A DNA stretch of 64,000 nucleotides from positions 8,023 to 72,022 of the forward strand of contig DATDXE010000006.1 in assembly GCA_036517255.1 (NCBI GenBank), written 5' to 3'. The position numbers and the translations under genes are program-made. This document shows, piece by piece, positions 58,127-64,000 of the stretch; the first letter of the stretch is position 1; every line of letters starts with the position of its first letter. The stretch comes from Minisyncoccota bacterium. GTDB lineage: Bacteria; Patescibacteriota; Minisyncoccia; Phycocordibacterales; WO2-35-19. The notes below the pieces were generated by a model. The model was not told the origin of the DNA. It saw nothing but the letters and a program-made list of their open reading frames with translations, and did not search any database.

Positions 58127-58168
58127 GCCCCGTGTCGAGTGTGACACGGGGCGTTTGCATCTATTTTT
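58127..58168 (+). terminator. Rho-independent terminator
   Basis: GCCCCGTGTC / GACACGGGGC perfect 10-bp stem followed by a T-tract. Confidence 0.7.
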
Positions 58169-58405
58169 GACTCTTCTACATATTCTCTATACTCTAATAA
58201 CATGTCACTATCCATAGGAATAGGGCGAATGCAATACAACATGAGGGTAATAAAGCCATTCCGTTTGAACTAACAATACCGCTCCCACCGCCTCTTAGAA
58301 GGGGAGTAGACTATGGTTTTAGAAAGGGAAATGGAGATAATTGGATCATTACTTTAGATTGATATAGGACTTTCATTTTTCTTAAATCTTCATTACACTG
58401 GCCTC

Positions 58406-58819
58406 ATGGAAGATTATTCAAGATATTTAATCAGGGACTACAACTATTGGTCAGTTCAAGTACATACTAATCAAGGCTACCTCGGTAGGTGCATTATTTG
58501 GTGTAAGAGAGAAAATATTCTGGACCTAGCTGATGCTAGAAAGGGAGAACAAGAGGAGCTGTTTATGATATTAGAAAAGTTAAAAAGAGCCCTGAAAAAG
58601 TCATTTCAAGTCGATTGGTTTAATTATGCCTTTTTAGGAAATGAGACTATGCACCTACACGGTCATGTTGTCCCAAGATACGCTTCTCCTAGAGAATTTG
58701 CCGGAGTGACTTTTGTAGATGAGAGGTATGGACATAATTATCAGACTGACAAAAACTTTGTGACTTCTCCTGCACTACTGGAAGCGGTGAGAATTAAAAT
58801 TAAAGAAAATTTGGAGTAA
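58406..58819 (+). CDS. HIT-family nucleotide hydrolase/transferase
   Basis: Histidine triad HLHGHVV. Confidence 0.75.
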   Translation: MEDYSRYLIRDYNYWSVQVHTNQGYLGRCIIWCKRENILDLADARKGEQEELFMILEKLKRALKKSFQVDWFNYAFLGNETMHLHGHVVPRYASPREFAGVTFVDERYGHNYQTDKNFVTSPALLEAVRIKIKENLE

Positions 58820-58845
58820 AGTCAGTAAGATAAAACTTTACAAGC

Positions 58846-58862
58846 ATACCCTATGGGGGTAT
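58846..58862. promoter_or_regulatory. CsoR-type operator (GC-rich pseudo-palindrome)
   Basis: ATACCC-TAT-GGGGGTAT sits 10 nt upstream of the csoR-like ATG. Confidence 0.55.
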
Positions 58863-58871
58863 TCTTTAGGC

Positions 58872-59144
58872 ATGAAAGCTCAAATTAAAAAGAAGGTAAT
58901 AAGAAGGCTTAACATCATCCAAGGTCAAACTAGAGGTTTAACTCGGATGGTAGAGGAAGAAAAATATTGTATTGATATTATTACCCAAGCGGGAGCCATT
59001 AAAGAAGCGTTATCCGGTGTTGAAAATTTAATATTACAGAATCACTTAGAAACTCACGTGTTGCATCAAATGAAAACAGGAAAAGAGAAGATAGCAACAG
59101 ACGAAATTCTTAAAATTTATAAGCTAGCGCAGAAGAAAAAATAA
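58872..59144 (+). CDS. csoR: CsoR/RcnR-family metal-sensing repressor
   Basis: RRLNIIQGQTRGLTRMVEEEKYCIDIITQ...QNHLETHV. Confidence 0.75.
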   Translation: MKAQIKKKVIRRLNIIQGQTRGLTRMVEEEKYCIDIITQAGAIKEALSGVENLILQNHLETHVLHQMKTGKEKIATDEILKIYKLAQKKK

Positions 59145-59145
59145 T

Positions 59146-59343
59146 ATGAATCATAAAACTATTCGTTCTATACTGATTACCCTCCTAATAATTGTCGGTT
59201 TATATCTTGTGATTGATCATGGGCAACATCTTGTTCCATATCTGCCATTCGCATTTCTCCTTGGCTGCTTTTCAATGCACCTTTTTATGCATCACGGTCA
59301 TGGCCGTCACCATAATCATGATTCTAATCAAGATCCAAAGTAA
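59146..59343 (+). CDS. Small membrane protein with a His-rich tail (copper-associated, DUF2933-like)
   Basis: One TM segment followed by HLFMHHGHGRHHNHD. Confidence 0.5.
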   Translation: MNHKTIRSILITLLIIVGLYLVIDHGQHLVPYLPFAFLLGCFSMHLFMHHGHGRHHNHDSNQDPK

Positions 59344-59349
59344 AAATAT

Positions 59350-61470
59350 ATGAATCACAACCACCATGATCACAGTGTTCATTCTGGACATGTAATGCCG
59401 AGCTCTTCCAAAATGAGTTTTTGGCAGAAATTCAAAATGAGTATGTCTATGACGATGGGTATGGACCACACGGGTCTTGCTGGCCGAGAGATGGCCCACC
59501 TAATGGAAATAGATATCCGGAACAAGTTTTTCTTTTCTCTTATCCTAACAATTCCGATTATTCTATATTCGCCCTTGGGAACTGAATTTCTTAAGCTCAA
59601 TCTTCCATCTCCCATACCACTTCCACGGCTTCTTTTCATTTTAACGACACCAGTGTTTTTCTATTCAGGCTGGATTTTTCTATATTCAACTTTTGTCGCT
59701 CTGAAAAACAAGACTCTTAATATGGCCGTACTCATTGCTGTTGGCATTACGGCGGCCTATGGCTTCAGTGTTTTGCTAACTTTGATCGGAAGTGCAGATT
59801 CATATTATGAAGCGGCTGCAATGCTCATTACTTTCGTACTATTCGGCCACTGGATGGAAATGAAATCGAGGCGAGGCACAACAGATGCTCTCCAAGCCCT
59901 TTTTAATCTTGTGCCACCTCAAGCTAGGATTTTTAAGGATGGCAAGGAAATAATGGTTTCCACTTCCGATATACAACTTGGCGACATAATCATTCTTAAA
60001 CCGGGAGATAAAGTTCCTGTTGATGGAGAAATTACTCTCGGCGAAACTTCTATTGATGAATCCCTAGTCACTGGAGAATCAATCCCTACCGCTAAAAAAG
60101 TCGGAGATCAAGTAATAGGAGGATCAATTAATACTGCTGGTTCGGTTAGATTTAAGGCAACAAAAATCGGTAAGGATACTGCTCTTGCTAGAATCGTGAA
60201 GATGGTTGAAGAAGCACAGAATTCAAAAGCTCCCGGACAAAGAATCGCAGATAAATTTGCAAAGTACTTAGTTATTGGGGCAATCGGATCGGGACTTCTT
60301 GTCTTTGGTATTTGGTACTTTGTAGCAGGCTCAACTCTCATGGTCGCTCTTTCTTTTGCCATCGCAACAGTCGTGATTGCTTGTCCTGACGCCCTTGGGC
60401 TTGCCACTCCGACTGCTGTAGCTGTCGGTACTGGGCTCGGAGCTAAACATAATATTCTTATAAAAGATGCGCCAACCCTTGAACAAGTATCAAAAATTCA
60501 AGCAATTGTATTAGATAAAACAGGAACTCTCACTGAAGGAAAGCCAAAAATAACTAATGTAGCTACGGTTAATGGATATGACGCTGATGAAGCACTTCGT
60601 ATAGTAGGTTCAGCTGAAGCCAAGTCATCTCATCCTCTAGCTAGTGCGGTCCTTGATGAACTTAAAAATAGAGGTCTTGCATTATCAAACTCAGTTGATA
60701 AGTTTGAAAATCTTTCAGGCCTTGGAGTGAGAGCAATAGTAGATGGTAAAAATGTTCTCATTGGCACAGTCAAACTCATGAAAGATAGCGGTGTTGCTCT
60801 CGGTGAATTAGAACAAAAAATAAATGAGTTTTTAGAAAGAGGAGAAACTATTATGATACTTGCGGTAGAGGGAGCTATCAAAGCTGTTATTGGAGCAGAA
60901 GATCCGATAAAACCTAATGCTATAAAAGCGGTAGAGCGTCTGAAGACTTTAGAGATAGAAATCGCCATGATTACTGGAGACAATAAATTGACTGCAGAAA
61001 AAGTTGCTAGTCAGATTGGAATAGAAAGAGTATTTTCAGAAGTGATGCCTGCGGACAAAGCGAGTTATGTTAAGAAACTTCAAGAAGAAGGAAAATTTAC
61101 AGCAATGGTTGGCGACGGTGTTAATGATGCGCCAGCTCTTGCCCAAGCTGATGTGGGCATTGCTATTGGGGCAGGTACTGATGTTGCCATAGAAACAGCA
61201 AAGGTGGTTCTTATGAAATCTGATCCTTTAGATATCCTTCGAGCAATCACCTTGAGCAAGGCAACGGTTCGCAAAATGAAGCAGAATCTCTTTTGGGCTT
61301 CAATCTACAATGTCCTTGCCATACCAGTTGCCGGCGGCATTCTCTACCCCAATTTTGGTATTATGCTTCGTCCAGAATTTGCAGCACTTCTTATGAGTGT
61401 ATCCTCGATTATTGTGGCAACTAACGCTGTGTTGTTGAAGCGAGTTGAAAGAGACTTAGTAGCAGTATAA
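59350..61470 (+). CDS. copA: P1B-type heavy-metal (copper) translocating ATPase with a His/Met-rich N-terminus and a CPD (not CPC) TM6 motif
   Basis: DKTGTLT, GDGVNDAP, TM7 YN, TM8 MSVSS and TM6 IACPDALGLATP. N-terminus is MNHNHHDHSVHSGH... Confidence 0.85.
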   Translation: MNHNHHDHSVHSGHVMPSSSKMSFWQKFKMSMSMTMGMDHTGLAGREMAHLMEIDIRNKFFFSLILTIPIILYSPLGTEFLKLNLPSPIPLPRLLFILTTPVFFYSGWIFLYSTFVALKNKTLNMAVLIAVGITAAYGFSVLLTLIGSADSYYEAAAMLITFVLFGHWMEMKSRRGTTDALQALFNLVPPQARIFKDGKEIMVSTSDIQLGDIIILKPGDKVPVDGEITLGETSIDESLVTGESIPTAKKVGDQVIGGSINTAGSVRFKATKIGKDTALARIVKMVEEAQNSKAPGQRIADKFAKYLVIGAIGSGLLVFGIWYFVAGSTLMVALSFAIATVVIACPDALGLATPTAVAVGTGLGAKHNILIKDAPTLEQVSKIQAIVLDKTGTLTEGKPKITNVATVNGYDADEALRIVGSAEAKSSHPLASAVLDELKNRGLALSNSVDKFENLSGLGVRAIVDGKNVLIGTVKLMKDSGVALGELEQKINEFLERGETIMILAVEGAIKAVIGAEDPIKPNAIKAVERLKTLEIEIAMITGDNKLTAEKVASQIGIERVFSEVMPADKASYVKKLQEEGKFTAMVGDGVNDAPALAQADVGIAIGAGTDVAIETAKVVLMKSDPLDILRAITLSKATVRKMKQNLFWASIYNVLAIPVAGGILYPNFGIMLRPEFAALLMSVSSIIVATNAVLLKRVERDLVAV

Positions 61471-61479
61471 AAAATAATC

Positions 61480-61647
61480 ATGAAAAATTTTAAATTCACA
61501 AATTTTGCAGTATTTATAATCTTCTTTGGAATAGCGCTCATTGAGGCTTTTCAAAAACATAACTGGATAGAAGCATTACTTTTTCTGGCATTAGGAGTAA
61601 TATCATTCCGTGCTGATTTCCCGAAAGATGAAAACAAAATTAAATAA
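61480..61647 (+). CDS. Unannotated 55-aa two-TM mini-protein between copA and the multicopper oxidase
   Basis: MKNFKFTNFAVFIIFFGIALIEAFQKHNWIEALLFLALGVISFRADFPKDENKIK. Confidence 0.35.
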   Translation: MKNFKFTNFAVFIIFFGIALIEAFQKHNWIEALLFLALGVISFRADFPKDENKIK

Positions 61648-61652
61648 TTACT

Positions 61653-63221
61653 ATGAATAAGATAATATACATTCTAGTCATAATTGTAGTCGTTATACTT
61701 GGAGGTTGGTGGTATTTTAGTGTTCACTCAAACAAATCTTTCTCAACTAGTATTTCTAGCACATCTTTAGCAAAAGAATCTAAAGTGGTTGAACTTAAAA
61801 ACGGCGATACTTATGACCTCACAGCGAGCTATGTTGAAAAAGAAATTAATGGAGTGAAATATAAAATGCTCGCTTACAACGGCTCAATTCCTGGACCAGT
61901 TATTAAAGTCGCCCAAGGATCAGAAGTAATGATCAACTTCAAAAATAATACCGATATGAATACCTTGCTTCATTCGCATGGTATTCGTATGGATAACGCT
62001 TTTGATGGCTCACAAACAACCCAAAAAGAAATAAAGCCCGGGGAAACATTTACTTATCAGTTAAAATTCCCTGATGCGGGTATGTATTGGTATCATCCTC
62101 ACGTTCGAGAAGATTACGAACAAGAGCTTGGTCTTTATGGAAACTTTTTGGTAGTTCCGACGAACAAGAATTATTGGTCTCCCGTTAATCAGGAAATTCC
62201 ACTTTTCCTAGACGACATTCTTATCCAAAACGACAAAATAAATTTAAGCAAACAAACTGCTGACCACACACTCATGGGTCGCTATGGAAATGTGATGCTA
62301 GTAAATGGTGAGACTAACTATTCACTTTCTGTTAAGAAGGGAGAAGTTGATCGTTTTTACATTACAAATTCCGCCAATGCCAGACCTTTCAATTTTGCTA
62401 TTGCTGGCACCAAACTTAAGTTAGTCGGAGCTGATGGTGGATCGTACGAAAAAGATCAATGGAAAGATTCAGTGATAATTGGTCCGTCAGAAAGATCTAT
62501 TGTAGAGGTGCTATTTGATAAAAGTGGTACCTTTGTAATTCAGAATAAAACACCAGACCAAACTTACACACTAGGTTCAATAAATGTATCTAGTGATCCT
62601 GTTAGTGTTTCCTACGCAGGAGAATTTGGAATGCTTAAAAAGCATACTGCAACCACACAAAGCATTAATCCTCTTCGTTCATATTTTAACAAGGCAGTAG
62701 ATAAGCGAATAGCTCTTTCCATAGAGATGAGTGGAGCTCCAATGCAAATGCAGATGGGTGGCGGCCATATGATGTCAGACGGCACTATGATGGGTGGAGG
62801 AATGATGATGGGTGGCAGCTCCGATGGTATCGAATGGGAAGACACAAATAATATGATGGGCTCTATGTCTAACATGGATAATGTGAAATGGAAGATTACA
62901 GATCGGGGTACTGGAAAAGTGAATAAAGATATTAACTGGACCTTCAAAAAAGGAGAACCTGTAAAGATTGAAATATTTAACGATCCAAAATCAATGCATC
63001 CGATGCAACATCCAATCCATTTCCATGGGCAACAATTCTTAGTTCTTTCAGTAAACGGTGTTAGGCAGACAGATTTAGTATGGAAAGATACAGTCCTTGT
63101 CCCAGCAGGGCAAACTATTGAGATTCTATTGAATCCAACAAACCTAGGAACTTGGATGGCCCATTGTCATATCGCCGAGCATTTGGAGGATGGAATGATG
63201 TTCGAGTTTAAGGTTGAATAA
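61653..63221 (+). CDS. Multicopper oxidase (CueO/laccase-like) with a Met-rich insert and an N-terminal membrane anchor
   Basis: HSHG, WYHPH, HPIHFHG, HCHIAEHLEDGMM and a Met-rich segment (MQMQMGGGHMMSDGTMMGGGMMMGG). Confidence 0.85.
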   Translation: MNKIIYILVIIVVVILGGWWYFSVHSNKSFSTSISSTSLAKESKVVELKNGDTYDLTASYVEKEINGVKYKMLAYNGSIPGPVIKVAQGSEVMINFKNNTDMNTLLHSHGIRMDNAFDGSQTTQKEIKPGETFTYQLKFPDAGMYWYHPHVREDYEQELGLYGNFLVVPTNKNYWSPVNQEIPLFLDDILIQNDKINLSKQTADHTLMGRYGNVMLVNGETNYSLSVKKGEVDRFYITNSANARPFNFAIAGTKLKLVGADGGSYEKDQWKDSVIIGPSERSIVEVLFDKSGTFVIQNKTPDQTYTLGSINVSSDPVSVSYAGEFGMLKKHTATTQSINPLRSYFNKAVDKRIALSIEMSGAPMQMQMGGGHMMSDGTMMGGGMMMGGSSDGIEWEDTNNMMGSMSNMDNVKWKITDRGTGKVNKDINWTFKKGEPVKIEIFNDPKSMHPMQHPIHFHGQQFLVLSVNGVRQTDLVWKDTVLVPAGQTIEILLNPTNLGTWMAHCHIAEHLEDGMMFEFKVE

Positions 63222-63569
63222 AAGTTGCGAAAGGGGTTACTGACTGGTCATTCATAGCCGAATTTCCATAAGAAATTTTAACACTATTTTTAATATCTGG
63301 CAAATTTACACCTACTTGTGTTACCAACACTATACATGTAGTGTGGGATACTTCGCTGGTTTTTATTCGGGTAGATGATGCCTGTATACTGGTGGGATGT
63401 AGTTTGAAGTCCTTGAGGCTCCATACTCTCCCATCAGTATATAGTCATTGTCCACAGAAGCTTATGTATGCAAATTTTCTTATTTGTCGTATAATATCTA
63501 TTGATAGCCCAATATAGACTCAAATGAGACTCTGGAAGTCCGCCTTATTTTGTTGGACTCTCGATTCTT

Positions 63570-63749
63570 ATGAAGGAGTCACATGATTATCATTGTTCCT
63601 GCGGCAAACTCCTTTGCAAGGGGGCTATTTTTGATGGTGAAATTCAAATAAAGTGCAAGAGGTGTGGGAAAATTCAAACAATAGAAGATCTCACAGTGCT
63701 TAAAGAGGATTTTCACTCAGCGGAACATATACTTCCCAAGAAAATTTAA
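63570..63749 (+). CDS. Phage Mu Com-like zinc-ribbon protein (59 aa)
   Basis: HCSCGKLLCKGAIFDGEIQIKCKRCGK matches the Com C-x-C-x-KLL-x-K...FD..I.I.C..C.K pattern. Confidence 0.5.
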   Translation: MKESHDYHCSCGKLLCKGAIFDGEIQIKCKRCGKIQTIEDLTVLKEDFHSAEHILPKKI

Positions 63750-63795
63750 TGTGTTTTAAACAGAGAGGCTCTAGAAGCCCATATTGTCAAAAGAT

Positions 63796-64000
63796 ATGGG
63801 CTATTTATTATCTCAAAAACAAACTATAAAAAAGATCCTATGCTTTCTTTTTATTAGTCTCGTCTATTATCCGCAAATAGCCAGCGCCACAATTTACCAG
63901 CCGGGTGAGACTCTGGAACCAGATTGTGCTCCAATCTCTCCTAATTGTGGGGTAGCGACAACAACATTAATCGGATTGTTTGGCTATATTAATGCTACTT
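63796..64000 (+). CDS. Secreted hypothetical protein, 5' fragment (continues beyond the window)
   Basis: Signal peptide KKILCFLFISLVYYPQIASA|TIYQ; frame is open to the window end. Confidence 0.4.
   Translation, partial: MGYLLSQKQTIKKILCFLFISLVYYPQIASATIYQPGETLEPDCAPISPNCGVATTTLIGLFGYINAT

Noticed and set aside
57767-58147. 126-aa minus-strand ORF
   Set aside because: It is antisense to the 72-aa plus-strand ORF, which has a clear RBS and terminator, and it has no RBS of its own.
1-64000. CRISPR arrays, rRNA or tRNA genes, and transposase/integrase genes
   Set aside because: No spaced direct repeats, rRNA- or tRNA-like conserved blocks, or recombinase ORFs were found on either strand.

Overview
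This is a 64 kb window from an AT-rich (about 36-38% GC), gene-dense bacterial chromosome with signs of genome reduction, most consistent with a CPR/Patescibacteria-like or otherwise streamlined organism. Supporting that reading: ProRS lacks an editing domain, AlaS is short, UvrC lacks its HhH tail, and Obg and TruB lack their C-terminal domains. Almost everything is housekeeping and mostly on the plus strand.

Gene content, in order:
- Cell envelope and shape: rseP 3' end, proS, mreB-mreC-mreD-like-PBP2, a DsbA-like oxidoreductase, uppP, obg.
- Translation and repair: hisS, a uvrC-like gene, alaS.
- Ribosomal block: infA-rpmJ-rpsM-rpsK-rpsD-rpoA-rplQ-rplM-rpsI, running directly into grpE-dnaK-dnaJ.
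- Further housekeeping: trpS, aspS, scpAB, a D-Ala-D-Ala carboxypeptidase, mraY-ftsW-murG, truB, rmuC, rplU, a VKOR-like protein, recR, dnaB.

Accessory or unusual content:
- A GC-rich island of about 2.3 kb carrying a LuxR-type response regulator whose phospho-acceptor is Glu, plus a secreted Pro-tailed protein.
- A cluster of an SMR-like membrane protein, an ALDH/LuxC-like protein, a Cache histidine kinase and a Pif1 helicase.
- An ArsR-family repressor flanked by copies of an 18-bp palindrome, followed by a promoter/terminator-delimited candidate sRNA.
- A single-chain UvrD-helicase/RecB-nuclease fusion.
- An HTH(Xis-like)+Fic/Doc-like putative toxin-antitoxin pair.
- An 800-aa tandem-duplicated asparaginase-like protein with substituted nucleophile threonines.
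- A complete copper module: CsoR with a canonical-looking operator, a His-rich mini-protein, a CopA with CPD in place of CPC, a small membrane ORF, and a Met-rich multicopper oxidase.
- A phage Mu Com-like zinc-finger gene upstream of a secreted-protein gene.

Other recurring signals: DnaA-box 9-mers in several intergenic regions, apparent leaderless mRNAs, several GC-rich structured intergenic elements, and several plausible unannotated small proteins of 29-59 aa.

No rRNA, tRNA or CRISPR was found.
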